In this document: piece by piece, positions 34,635 to 44,297 of the stretch | Position numbering within the stretch: the first letter of the stretch is position 1 | How the letters are laid out: each line of letters starts with the position of its first letter | Virus record (IMG/VR): IMGVR_UViG_3300017647_000300 | Coordinates: 1-45,566 of that record | DNA from: a virus | Lineage: Duplodnaviria; Caudoviricetes | Strand: one strand, 5' to 3' | DNA: 45,566 nucleotides | The notes under the pieces: model-generated | Told to the model about the DNA's origin: nothing | The model's database searches: none | The model's input: only the letters and a program-made list of their open reading frames with translations | Translations under genes and position numbers: made by a program

Positions 34635-35632
34635 ACGATGCGGCCACCCCGACCGGCGGCGTGACGGCCTTTGCCCTGGACGATGCGGTATCCGTCATCA
34701 ACCGGCGCGAGCTGCTGGGCTATACCGAATGCTGGTGGAACGGGCGCTGGTATGAGCCGCCAATCAACCCGAAATCGCTGGCCCAAATGCTTCAGGCGTC
34801 CGCGCACCATGGCAGCGCGATCCGCGCCAAGCGCAATCTGCTGGTGCGCGATTTCATCCCTCATGACCTGCTGTCCCGCGACGAATTCGGCAAGTTCGTG
34901 CTGGATTTCCTCGTGATGGGCAACGCCTATCTGGAAGATGTTCCCAACATCGCGGGGCGCACCGCGCGGCTGAAGAACAGTCTTGCAATCAACACGCGGC
35001 GCGGGCGCGATGATGTCTACTGGTTTGTTGAGAAATATCACCAGCCCCACCAGTACGAGCCGGGCCGGATCTTCCACCTGATCGAGCATGACGTGTCGCA
35101 GGAGCTGTACGGCAAGCCGGAATATCTCGCCGCGCTGCAATCCCTGCTGTTGAACGAGAACGCCACCTTGTTCCGCCGTCGCTACTATCTGAACGGCGCC
35201 CATGCCGGTTTCGTCTTCTACCTCTCCGAAACGGCGATGAATGACACCGATGTTAACGCGATCCGGGAATCGCTGCGCGAGGCTAGGGGGCAGGGCAATT
35301 TTCGCAACCTGTTCCTGCACGTCCCGAACGGTAAGAAGGACGGGGTGCAGATCATCCCGATCAGCGAGGTCGCGGCGAAGGATGAGTTCTTCAATATCAA
35401 GAACGTCACCCGCGATGACATCCTCGCCGCCCACCGCGTACCGCCGCAGCTTCTGGGCGTGATTCCCCAGACGAACGGGGGCTTCGGCGACGTGCGGACC
35501 GCGCGCGACGATTTCGTGATGAATGAGATCGGCGCGCTCAAAGCGCGGATGCTGGAGGTGAACGACTGGCAGGGCCGGGAAATAATGCGTTTCGCGGAAT
35601 ACCGACCCGCTAGCCAGCCTGCCGCCGCCTGA
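34631..35632 (+). CDS. portal protein gpQ
   Basis: NGRWYEPP, ATLFRRRYYLNGAHAG, AAHRVPPQL. Confidence 0.96.
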   Translation: MNDAATPTGGVTAFALDDAVSVINRRELLGYTECWWNGRWYEPPINPKSLAQMLQASAHHGSAIRAKRNLLVRDFIPHDLLSRDEFGKFVLDFLVMGNAYLEDVPNIAGRTARLKNSLAINTRRGRDDVYWFVEKYHQPHQYEPGRIFHLIEHDVSQELYGKPEYLAALQSLLLNENATLFRRRYYLNGAHAGFVFYLSETAMNDTDVNAIRESLREARGQGNFRNLFLHVPNGKKDGVQIIPISEVAAKDEFFNIKNVTRDDILAAHRVPPQLLGVIPQTNGGFGDVRTARDDFVMNEIGALKARMLEVNDWQGREIMRFAEYRPASQPAAA

Positions 35633-35740
35633 AGGGCGGGGGAGCAAGAGCGCTGCCACGCTCTTACCCCGACAAATCTCCCTTGTCGCAAGTCGGACGC
35701 GATCGCCGCCCGACTCACCCCACCGCTCGCGCGAACGGTG

Positions 35741-35755
35741 GAACATTTAGCGAAC
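35741..35755 (+). promoter_or_regulatory. alphaproteobacterial LexA (SOS) box
   Basis: GAAC-ATTTAGC-GAAC fits GAAC-N7-GAAC and ends 22 bp before the methylase ATG. Confidence 0.7.
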
Positions 35756-35777
35756 AAATGAAGGGAGTCGAGTCTAT

Positions 35778-36578
35778 ATGAATAGTTTGGAAGCTGTTGC
35801 CCCTGTCCGCCCTGTCGCAGCATGGCAAGGCGGCAAGCGCAATCTGGCAAAGCGCCTCGTGGCGCGCATCAACGCTATCCATCATGCTACCTATGCGGAG
35901 GTTTTTGTGGGCATGGGCGGGGTTTTCCTCCGCCGCGACCGCAGGCCGAAATGCGAGGTCATCAACGACATCAGCGAGGATGTCACCACGCTGTTCCGCG
36001 TGTTGCAGCATCACTATCTGCCGTTCATCGACATGATCCGCTGGCAGATCAGCAGCCGGGCAAATTTCGAGCGCCTGGCGCGGCAAAGCCCTTCCACTCT
36101 CACCGATATGCAGAGGGCCGCTCGGTTCCTCTATTTGCAGCGCTTGGCGTTCGGCGGCAAGGTGGCAGGCGCGCGGTCGTTCGGTGTCTCGCCAGCGCTG
36201 GGCGCCCGGTTCGACGTCACCAAGCTGATCCCGATGCTGGAAGATCTCCACGAGCGCATGACCGGCGTGATCGTGGAGCGGCTCGACTGGGCGGCATTCA
36301 TCGCGCGCTGGGACAGACCTGAAACGCTGTTCTACCTCGACCCGCCCTATTATGGCTGCGAGCGCGATTATGGTCCGGGCCTGTTCGATCGCGGCCAGTT
36401 CGAGGCAATGGCGGAGGTGCTGGCCGGGTTGCGCGGGCGGTTCATCCTCAGCCTCAACGATACCCCGGATGTCCGCCGCATCTTCGCCCGGTTTGATATC
36501 GAGGCGGTGACGACGCGATATACGGTCGGCGGTCAGGCGAGCGCCAAACAGGCCGGTGAAGTGATCATCACCGGATAA
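35778..36578 (+). CDS. Dam-like (D12 class) DNA adenine methyltransferase
   Basis: WQGGKR, EVFVGMGGV, EVIND and FYLDPPY. Confidence 0.93.
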   Translation: MNSLEAVAPVRPVAAWQGGKRNLAKRLVARINAIHHATYAEVFVGMGGVFLRRDRRPKCEVINDISEDVTTLFRVLQHHYLPFIDMIRWQISSRANFERLARQSPSTLTDMQRAARFLYLQRLAFGGKVAGARSFGVSPALGARFDVTKLIPMLEDLHERMTGVIVERLDWAAFIARWDRPETLFYLDPPYYGCERDYGPGLFDRGQFEAMAEVLAGLRGRFILSLNDTPDVRRIFARFDIEAVTTRYTVGGQASAKQAGEVIITG

Positions 36579-36753
36579 CCCCAACCGACACCCCTTCATA
36601 TTGCCCGTGGGAGGCCGCCGTGCAGCGTTGCGCGGCGGCCTTCCGCCGTTCCGCGCGACACGCTGCGATGGCCCCACGCGCCGCCGCAGACCCCCGCGCG
36701 CGGGCTGGAGCGGCCTGCCGCCGGGACGTTCGCTCCCGGCCCCGCGCGCCGCG

Positions 36754-36806
36754 CTCAGCTCCCCCCCTCGCCTGCGCGCTTTCCGTATCGGATTTCATGC
36801 AACTGC
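36754..36806. other. P2-like cos site region
   Basis: CTCAGCTCCCCCCCTCGCC (36754-36772) resembles the P2 cohesive end as I recall it (GTGCTTTCCCCGCCTCGCC) and lies downstream of Q, as in P2. Confidence 0.65.
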
Positions 36807-36932
36807 CCGGAAGCCATGCGCCGCAGATTGACGGGGGTTGAGAGCGGTTTTTCAACGGGTGCCGAACATGCGTTTTCAGGCGGCTAGGCCCCGAATTTCG
36901 CCATTTTCGAAAAGAGCGCAACGGAATTTTCC

Positions 36933-37220
36933 GGTGGGGGAGGGGTGTAGAAAACCTTACATTCCTTACCTGCCCCCGGCCATGATACTGAAACCCGCAA
37001 AAATCCTAGCATTTTCGAGTATGTATGAAGGCATTACCTTTGCCTTACATGTTTCAACCCAAAAACTTACCTCTCTGAAAATATTAGGTTTTTTGTTTTG
37101 AAAAGTAAGGTTTTTTATTCCTTACATGGTAAGGATCAGGTAAGGTCAAATGTAAGCCCGGAAACCCGCAGAAAACTGCCAATGTAAGGAATGTAAGGTT
37201 TTCTGAAACACCCCCCCCAC
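36933..37220. repeat. iteron array, putative replication origin
   Basis: Perfect 21-bp inverted repeat AGAAAACCTTACATTCCTTAC (36949-36969 / 37184-37204); nine exact CCTTAC/GTAAGG hexamers plus variants; AT-rich core. Confidence 0.75.
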
Positions 37221-37278
37221 ATATAAAAAAGGGGAGCACAAATTTGAGAATTCCAAACCAAAGCAAAGTCGGAATGGC

Positions 37279-37320
37279 ACTGTGCCGGAGAATGTGACAT
37301 CAATGTGCCGCAATGTGCCG
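37279..37320 (+). repeat. four TGTG(C/A)C direct repeats, putative integrase arm sites
   Basis: acTGTGCCggagaaTGTGACatcaaTGTGCCgcaaTGTGCCg, spaced about 10-12 bp. Confidence 0.5.
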
Positions 37321-37407
37321 GATATTTCCGCTTTGTTCCGACCTGCTTGACGGCGGAGAGGATGAGGCGTATCGGAAACCCCGCAGAAGTCAGCCGATTT
37401 TGCTAAT

Positions 37408-37484
37408 GCGCCCGTAGCTCAGCAGGATAGAGCATCAGATTCCTAATCTGGGGGCCACAGGTTCGAATCCTGTCGGGCGCGCCA
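37408..37484 (+). tRNA. tRNA-Arg(CCT)
   Basis: GCGCCCG/CGGGCGC acceptor stem, anticodon loop TTCCTAA, GGTTCGAATCC, encoded CCA. Confidence 0.97.
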
Positions 37485-39060
37485 TTCTCGAACAAAAGAG
37501 AGAACTGCGGGCGTGGTTTTGGCCATGCCCCCAACGGCACTCCGAGCCAGCACGGCCTTGGAGCCGCTGATGCGGATTTCCCGATCGTTCACGCGCACCT
37601 CGCTGAGCAGCAGCCGGGCGTAGGCTTGCCGTAGATCGGGCGAGCCGTGATGCAGCTTGTCGCGGAGCAGCAGCGCCAGCTTCTCGATCTTGTCCGGCGT
37701 GATCACCGGCTCAGCCATAGCCAAGCGTCGGGTGAGATCGGAAATCTGATCCGCAAGTTCATCCCGCCGGAACCGCAGGTTCACCAGACGCTCTCGCATC
37801 GAAGCGTCCTCGGCATCCATCAAGCCCTTCTCGACCAGTTCCAGCAGCCGGGCGATGCCTGCTTCGGACTCCTTATGATCCTGGCGCATCCGCCGCAGCC
37901 GATCGCGGTTGCGGTCCTCGCGCTCGATCGCCGTGCGCAGATAATCGCCGAGCAGGCCAACAAGATGCTCCGGCTGCAATATCTGTTTTGTCACCTCGCC
38001 GATCACGATGCCGTCGAGCTTGTCCATCGGCATGCGCAGGCCCTTGCAGCCGAACGGCCCCTCCTTGAGCCGGGTCGAGCAGCAGTAATAGCGATACTGC
38101 CCGCCTTTGCCCGTGTTCTGGATAAGGGCTGCGCCACAATGGCCACAGCGGGCCACTCCTGCCAGCAGTGTCGGCGAGTTGACGATGCGCGGAGCCACAC
38201 GCTTGGGGGCACGGCTCTGCAGGAGCGCCTGCACGGCGTTGAAGGTCTTCTCGTCGATGATGGCTGGCACCGTGAACGGCACCCATACCGACGGCGGGCG
38301 AGGTCGGCCGTTGCGGCTATCGGTGCGGTTGAAGTGATGCTGGCCATGATAGGTGGTGGAGGTCAGGATGTCGTGGATGCCGCCCGTGGTGAACCTCCGG
38401 CCCCGACGCAAGATACCGCGCTCGTTGAGCCAAGTGGCGATGGCCTTCACGCCCATGGGACGGCCTTCGGCGCCCATGGCCATATCGAAGATCATCCTGA
38501 CAACGCGCGCCTCGGCGTCGTCGACGGTCAATGTTTTCTTGTCCTTGTTGCCCCGTCGCTCGGCAACCTCGACGCCATAGCCATAAGGCGGGCGTGAACC
38601 GTTCCAGAACCCCTGCCGCGCGTTTTCCAGCATGGCGCGGTGAACGTGTTTCGCGGTCTCGCGGGACTGGTGCTCGTCGAAGATGTGCAGCAGCTTGCGG
38701 AACATCTCGCCGGTCGGGTCTTGTCCCACCTCCTGCGTGATCGAGACCAGTTCGACCCCGGCCTTGCAGTTCCCGGATGTAGAGTTCCGAGTGCAGCGAG
38801 TCCCGGCTGAACCGGCTCAGCGAATGCACCACCACGAGATCAAAGGGTTTGTCCGTCCGCTTGGCGGTATGGATCATTTCCTGGAAGACGGGACGGTCCT
38901 CATCGAGTGCGGATGCTCCCGGCTCGGAGAACACCTGCGCGACCTCGATGCCTTGCCGCTGGCACCATGTGCGGCACTGGACGATCTGATCGGGGATCGA
39001 CAGGTCGCGCTCGGCCTGCCGGGCGGTCGACACGCGGACATAGATTGCCGCGCGGGTCAT
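37443..39060 (-). pseudogene. large serine recombinase/integrase, frameshifted near 38766
   Basis: YVRVST and SLSRFSR catalytic domain in one frame; recombinase and Zn-ribbon (CGHCG, YYCC) domains in another. Junction reads GAA CTG C AAG GCC GGG GTC. Confidence 0.85.
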
Positions 39061-39066
39061 GGCCGG

Positions 39067-39309
39067 TCACTCCTGGTCGAAGAGGATCGCGTCGATCTCC
39101 CTGCCCAGATAGGCCCGCAGGATCGCCACCTCGTCGCGCAGCACCGGCATGGCCGCCGGGAAATCGCTGACCACGGCCTGCTCGCCGCCGACGGGCTGTC
39201 TGACCGGCGATGGAGATACAGCCCGCTTGCGCCGAATGACGATCCGGCCACTGCGCTTCGGCGCAGGGTGGCCCTTTGGTGCGGGGCAGGAGGCGGGCTG
39301 GGCGTCCAT
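39067..39309 (-). CDS. small protein directly upstream of the serine recombinase
   Basis: ...DFPAAMPVLRDEVAILRAYLGREIDAIL; its end supplies the AGGAG RBS of the recombinase. Confidence 0.6.
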   Translation of the reverse strand: MDAQPASCPAPKGHPAPKRSGRIVIRRKRAVSPSPVRQPVGGEQAVVSDFPAAMPVLRDEVAILRAYLGREIDAILFDQE

Positions 39310-39438
39310 TTCCCATTGTCTATGGGCAACCGTGCGATGCAACCAAGTCCCAATTTTTCCAGTGGCATAAGCCTTATCCCACTGCCGCAAGTGGCGTGAT
39401 CACCTATGGACACGATTGCAACTGATTGCGCATGGTCT

Positions 39439-40509
39439 TCACGCATGACGACGCTCCTTCAACCGCGCCAGAGCGGCGGTTCTGCGTCCCTCGAACGCCG
39501 TCTGGACAGCCTCATGGGCCAAGGCGGCGTTCGCGAGGATGTAGTGTTTGTGCGCGGTGTGCTGGTCGGTATGCCCGAGCAGATCGGATACCAGCGTCAC
39601 CATGGCCGGATCGTGATCGACAAAGCTGGTCGCAGCAATGCTGCGCGCGAGGTGCGGCCAGACGTGGCGACCGAACGCGTCCTTGGTTCGTTTCTCGATC
39701 TGATCCCTGATCGAGCGATCGCCCATTGGACCGCCCCAGCGGTCGATCCACAGCCGATCGGTCCCACCGTCGCCATGAGCCAACAGTCTGCGCCGGTGAT
39801 CGCGGAGCCAGATGTCGATGTAAGGGTTTAGCGCTGGAGACAGTTCCGCCTGATAAGGATGCGCGGTCTTGGTCTCTTCCTTGGTGAAGAAGAGCCGATA
39901 ACGATCACCGTCGAACATCAGATGCTTTCCGATCTCGATGGCTGCCAGATTGCTGAGCCTCATCGGGCAACTTATAAGGATGGCGATGATGAGGCCGTCC
40001 CGCATGCGGGTGCCCGCATGATGGCGATCTTCCATGTCCAGGGCCTGTTCCATGAGATCGACGCCCAGCGCCAGAAGCTGGCGAGCATCGACCATATGGC
40101 CGCGCTTGTCCTTTTCCGGCCTGGCATTGGCCTTGAGGTTGGTGATGACGATCCGCAGCCAAGTCCAATCGCAGTCGGGAGCCATGACCATGATCATCCT
40201 GGCAAACCCCTCGAACACCATAGCTGCGCTGCACGACGAAACTCGGTCCTGAAGCTGTAGCACGAACAGGCGGACGCGATCGGGCGTTACTCGCGCTTCG
40301 GGCGAGGCTTCGGCATCCAGCCAGCCATGTCGCGCAAGGAACGACAGCCACTGACCGTAGCCCTGCTCGACATTGCGACAGCGGGCGAGGCTCCATCTGC
40401 GGGCGGGCTTGGGACCGCCCAGAAAACTCGTGACTTCACGGGCCCCGCGATAACGCAACTGATCGGTGGCGGGCCAGTCATGGCGCTTGATGCAGAGAGG
40501 AATGCTCAC
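39439..40509 (-). CDS. tyrosine recombinase
   Basis: PMRLSNL, ETKT, HLAR, LLGH, KHY catalytic set. Confidence 0.9.
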   Translation of the reverse strand: MSIPLCIKRHDWPATDQLRYRGAREVTSFLGGPKPARRWSLARCRNVEQGYGQWLSFLARHGWLDAEASPEARVTPDRVRLFVLQLQDRVSSCSAAMVFEGFARMIMVMAPDCDWTWLRIVITNLKANARPEKDKRGHMVDARQLLALGVDLMEQALDMEDRHHAGTRMRDGLIIAILISCPMRLSNLAAIEIGKHLMFDGDRYRLFFTKEETKTAHPYQAELSPALNPYIDIWLRDHRRRLLAHGDGGTDRLWIDRWGGPMGDRSIRDQIEKRTKDAFGRHVWPHLARSIAATSFVDHDPAMVTLVSDLLGHTDQHTAHKHYILANAALAHEAVQTAFEGRRTAALARLKERRHA

Positions 40510-42347
40510 AGCAGGTCCCTCCTTTCGTCAAAGCCGCCACCACTACCCTTGCGGCGCGCGGTGCGCTTGATCCTGATCTGGGCAGTCTCGCGACTGCGCA
40601 GGATATGCTCCTGGAAGTGGCGCGACGCCTCCCGCTGCTGTGGGCGCGCATAATAGCGCTTTGTCGTGTTGACGTCGCGATGCGCGAGATGCTGGCTGAT
40701 TGTGAATATACCCTCGGGATTGTCCTTCAGCCACAGGGCCGCAGAGATATGCCGGAACTGATGCGGTGTGATGGCCACGCCCAGCACCCGCTTTGACTGA
40801 GCCCCGACCGCATGAGCCATGGTCCTGGGGTCGATGCAGCTTCCATCGGCTGCCGGGAACAACCACGGCGACGGGTGCGGACACAGCTTCGGTCTCCAGT
40901 CCCGGAGATACAACTCCAACAGCTCGACGGTCGAGCCTTCCAGCTTGAACCGCAAGTCTTCTTCGTTTTTCACCTCCACACCATCGCGCTCGATGACCCA
41001 GAAGGCATCCTTGCCATGGCCGATCTTCCTGATCGACTTGCCGAGTTCTAGATCGACGAGGTTGGCACGGCGGACGCTGCAAATGAGCAGTATCTCGATC
41101 GCCAAGGCCGTGCGGACCAGTGCCGGTGTCGAGCGCCTATCCGGCTTTTTCCGCGCGCGATCGAGCAGGGTAAACGGCAGGAGTTGCACTTGGTCGGCGA
41201 AGCGCTGTTCATCCAACCTGTCCAGCAACGCTCGGTTCTTCACCGTCATGCCGCGCCGGGAACCGCGTTCAATGAGCATCTGCTCGCGAACACTGAAGGA
41301 TATCTCTTCGAGCTGCTGGATGTCGTCTTGCGAAAATTTGCACCAGCGGGCGATGATCGGCGCGCGCAGCGCCATTTGGACCATCTGATCGGTGATCCGG
41401 CCATCCGCTCGCTTGCGCTGGAACCCCAGGGCCCGGTCGAGACGGTCTGGACGAAACACCTCGCCGAGACTGGATAGTTCCTCCATCGGCACGCCGCTGT
41501 GCACAAGGCTCGACACGGCGATCGACACGTTGTGGCGGTATTGCTTGACCGTTGCGGGCTTCAATACCTTCTTTCTTCGAGCAACGGAATTCAGATGCCG
41601 CTGCCTGGCCGGCGCGATTGGCGCCTTCATCCCCTTCGGGTCTGATGCGAGGAAGTCGGGTGGCGTGGACAGGAATTTGAGAAATGCCTTCAGTTCCAAC
41701 ACGAGCTTTTCCGGCCATTCCTCGACCGGAATCCAGTAGCTGGTCCGTTTGACGGGCGGCGGCGTCAGTCGGGGCAGGTCCTCGCGGGATGCGGCGAGAT
41801 CGTTCCATGCTTTGATGCTGCTACGCAACGTGCCCTCCCAACCTCCGACCATCGCCTCATCGCGCAGATGAGCCACGAAACGCTCGCTCACCGCGTCGGA
41901 CATCTTGTGCGGCAGGACGCCCAGTCCTGCGGCGAAGTGGAACAGGCGCGAGGTCGCACGCTGCGCCTTCACATCGAGCGTCGCCTGCAGCGCGCCCCAT
42001 TCGCCGGTAAGCGGGAAGCGGGAGCGGGGGTTGGACAGCTTGCCCTGCGTTCGCAACAGGCGGAAAGCCTTGCGCGTCCTGGATTTGAGGTTGGCTAACG
42101 ACCCATCCGTTATGCCCGCCATCGCGGGCGACACCTGTTGCAATCGCTCGAAGATGAGCCGCTCGTTGGCGGGGAAGTCCAGCATGCCCTGAGCGATCAC
42201 CTCGTCGACGCGCTTGAGAGCCGAGCGCATGAAGGCTATTTCTTCACAAGGTGCATCGCACTTACGTAGAGCTTCTCGCATATCGCCGATGCTGGGAAGG
42301 TGGTTTTTCTGCTCGAATTGGCCGTTGTTATGGTTGTTCGTATGCAT
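40506..42347 (-). CDS. large tyrosine recombinase
   Basis: SVRRANL, EVKN, HQFR, LAH, RYY catalytic set; long N-terminal region. Confidence 0.88.
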   Translation of the reverse strand: MHTNNHNNGQFEQKNHLPSIGDMREALRKCDAPCEEIAFMRSALKRVDEVIAQGMLDFPANERLIFERLQQVSPAMAGITDGSLANLKSRTRKAFRLLRTQGKLSNPRSRFPLTGEWGALQATLDVKAQRATSRLFHFAAGLGVLPHKMSDAVSERFVAHLRDEAMVGGWEGTLRSSIKAWNDLAASREDLPRLTPPPVKRTSYWIPVEEWPEKLVLELKAFLKFLSTPPDFLASDPKGMKAPIAPARQRHLNSVARRKKVLKPATVKQYRHNVSIAVSSLVHSGVPMEELSSLGEVFRPDRLDRALGFQRKRADGRITDQMVQMALRAPIIARWCKFSQDDIQQLEEISFSVREQMLIERGSRRGMTVKNRALLDRLDEQRFADQVQLLPFTLLDRARKKPDRRSTPALVRTALAIEILLICSVRRANLVDLELGKSIRKIGHGKDAFWVIERDGVEVKNEEDLRFKLEGSTVELLELYLRDWRPKLCPHPSPWLFPAADGSCIDPRTMAHAVGAQSKRVLGVAITPHQFRHISAALWLKDNPEGIFTISQHLAHRDVNTTKRYYARPQQREASRHFQEHILRSRETAQIRIKRTARRKGSGGGFDERRDLL

Positions 42348-42435
42348 TGTTATTCATCCTCGCTTAAACGTGAAAAATTGTGAAACCCAATCTACATTAT
42401 TCCTTGGGTGTAGTTATTTGGGGTATTCACAAGGG

Positions 42436-42705
42436 TCATATCGCCTCGCCTTTGAGGAACTTTATGAGGTCCGCCCTGTCGATCCTGATGCGACCTCCTT
42501 TCTTGAGCTGGTAGGATCGAAGGTCCTCTTCGCGTATCCAGCGACGGATGGTGGGGTGTGACACGGCAGCGAACTGCGCGGCCTGCGGCACCGTCAGCAG
42601 CTCGATGGGCATGGCCGAGACTTCGCAAGGTTTGGAGGTGGGTAAGGGGCGGGTCGGTTTACCGGCCTTCTTGCGTCTGATTTTAATCGTCATTTCCTGT
42701 CTCAC
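42436..42705 (-). CDS. excisionase-like HTH protein
   Basis: ELLTVPQAA...VSHPTIRRWI...RIRIDRADL; the true start may be internal (MPIELL). Confidence 0.8.
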   Translation of the reverse strand: MRQEMTIKIRRKKAGKPTRPLPTSKPCEVSAMPIELLTVPQAAQFAAVSHPTIRRWIREEDLRSYQLKKGGRIRIDRADLIKFLKGEAI

Positions 42706-43137
42706 TCAGGCTTCTTCTGGCGCGGATATTCACGTTCAGAAGGGTGATGATTTCCGCATCGCCATGCGTAGCGAGATGATCGCAGGCGCTTGCGGGCGTT
42801 CGAGATCGCGCAAGGGAATGTCGGGAAGAACGCGCGGTCTCTTCCCGGACAGCGTTGCTGTCGGCGGGGGCGCGCGCGATGGGGGAAGGAGCGGCCAAGC
42901 GGCTATGAATAGCCGCGATGCGTCATCTCTAGAGTGCACGAGGCGCCAGGCCTTAGAGGTCGAAGCAGCCCGAGATCGAGATTTCTGACGAAGGGAATGG
43001 ACCACCGAGCGGCACTTTCAATGACGTTGGAATTATCCAAGTCATCGAAATGCCGGATTCGGCGTTCAGGCGGCCCTGCCCTCTGATGAACTTCTGCTCT
43101 TATGCCATTACAAGGAGGGTTGATCAACGCTCATTAG

Positions 43138-43176
43138 AAACAGAGGGAGGTGACCGAAGCTACCTCCCTCTGTTTT
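43138..43176. terminator. bidirectional intrinsic terminator
   Basis: AAACAGAGGGAGGT-loop-ACCTCCCTCTGTTTT. Confidence 0.8.
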
Positions 43177-43200
43177 GTGGCAAAGCCGTTGGGCAACAAG

Positions 43201-43716
43201 TCAGCTCGATCCTGCCGAAGCCAGCAAAGCGGTGAGTGCTGCTTCTTTGTTTAGCAGCCCTCTCGAATGCGGAATGGCGCCTGCTGTCAGGAGCGCCTGC
43301 TCGAACACGGCGTATTGCTCGCTGTCGAGATGGAGAACGATTGTCTTGCCCTCTGGGTCGAATTCGTTTCCACGCAAATACATCTTCAATTCGTGCGCGG
43401 TGGAGTCTGCCGCCTTCACCAGCAGCGTGTCGATGTTAGCTTTATCGACATAGGGCGAGAGCAGCGCGAGTTTGGTCCAGCCTATCCGACGCAGTTGCTC
43501 GATTGGAACGCCAAGGTCATCGAACGTGCGGCTGATCTGGGCGAGGTTATATGCCTTGCGGATGCCGATCTTCAGTTCCCTGGCGACCGACCTGAAGTCC
43601 TCCGGGTGATGTTTCTGCGTCTCACGGAGGTGCCGGGCGACCTCCAAGAAATGATCGCCCATCATGTCGACGATGATCTGGGGTACCTTGGCCGCCTTGT
43701 TTTTCGTCCCTTCCAT
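43201..43716 (-). CDS. hypothetical protein (possible HTH)
   Basis: MEGTKNK...FLEVARHL...IGIRKAYNLAQI...IGWTKL; ends just before the terminator. Confidence 0.7.
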   Translation of the reverse strand: MEGTKNKAAKVPQIIVDMMGDHFLEVARHLRETQKHHPEDFRSVARELKIGIRKAYNLAQISRTFDDLGVPIEQLRRIGWTKLALLSPYVDKANIDTLLVKAADSTAHELKMYLRGNEFDPEGKTIVLHLDSEQYAVFEQALLTAGAIPHSRGLLNKEAALTALLASAGSS

Positions 43717-44032
43717 AGTTCCAAACCTTTGAAGTTGTTGGGAACTATTTCCTATGGAAAAGACGCACCTCGACAAGGGAATTGCGCAGGAAAATGGCTG
43801 GTTTCTCGGGGCTTTGAGCTGGAGCAGCTATGGATGCTTTACGACGAAATCCGTCAGTGTGCGAACGCATCCGCTAAAAGCATGAGCAGGCCAGCAGAAG
43901 AGAAGGCCGACATCCAGATGATGTGACGCACATCGCGGCGAACATTGCAGATCGGGTCACGGGCGGTGCGCATGATCCCTCAATACAACGTTCCGATAAT
44001 GCTCGCCAAGCACAACGTAGCGGCTGCTGTCA

Positions 44033-44275
44033 TTATTCCAGAACGGTGGGTTGTCCGACGGGGAGGCCCTGCCCGAGCGTCGCTATGTCGCACCTCAATG
44101 CCCGGCACAGCTTGATCAACGAAACGACGGTGAGGTTGTGCTCGCCCCGTTCGACCCGCCCCACATAACTGCGATCAAGAGCCGCGACATGCGCAAGCTC
44201 TTCTTGCGACATGCCGAGCGTCCGCCGTCGTTCGCGGATGCGCTGGCCAAGGATGTCGAGATGCGGATCACTCAC
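44033..44275 (-). CDS. XRE-family regulator resembling restriction-modification controller (C) proteins
   Basis: LGQRIRERR...SQEELA...LDRSYVGRVERGEHNLT. Confidence 0.9.
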   Translation of the reverse strand: MSDPHLDILGQRIRERRRTLGMSQEELAHVAALDRSYVGRVERGEHNLTVVSLIKLCRALRCDIATLGQGLPVGQPTVLE

Positions 44276-44297
44276 TCCGTCAACTCACGGATGAGGT

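Larger units (their letters stand above)
1..37400. mobile_element. P2-like prophage (left end/integrase outside window; right boundary approximate)
   Basis: Recognisable P2-type Q,P,O,N,M,L,X,R,S,V,W,J,I,H,FI,FII,E/E',T,U,D genes plus Ogr, CI/Cro, primase, lysis cassette and cos-like site. Confidence 0.95.

Noticed and set aside
5374-35746. Many long alternative-frame ORFs (e.g. 5676-7301, 17951-19540, 21304-22731, 33015-34559)
   Set aside because: Typical high-GC shadow ORFs opposite or overlapping clearly identified phage genes.
36933-37320. CRISPR array
   Set aside because: Repeats are hexamers in both orientations with irregular spacing; no repeat-spacer period and no cas genes.
37490-37505. 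Second LexA box (GAAC...GAAC)
   Set aside because: The spacer is 8 nt rather than 7, and it lies inside the recombinase coding end.
42720-43137. ncRNA or oriT in the island intergenic region
   Set aside because: I found no convincing structure, repeat or nick-site motif by eye, and no relaxase is present in the window.
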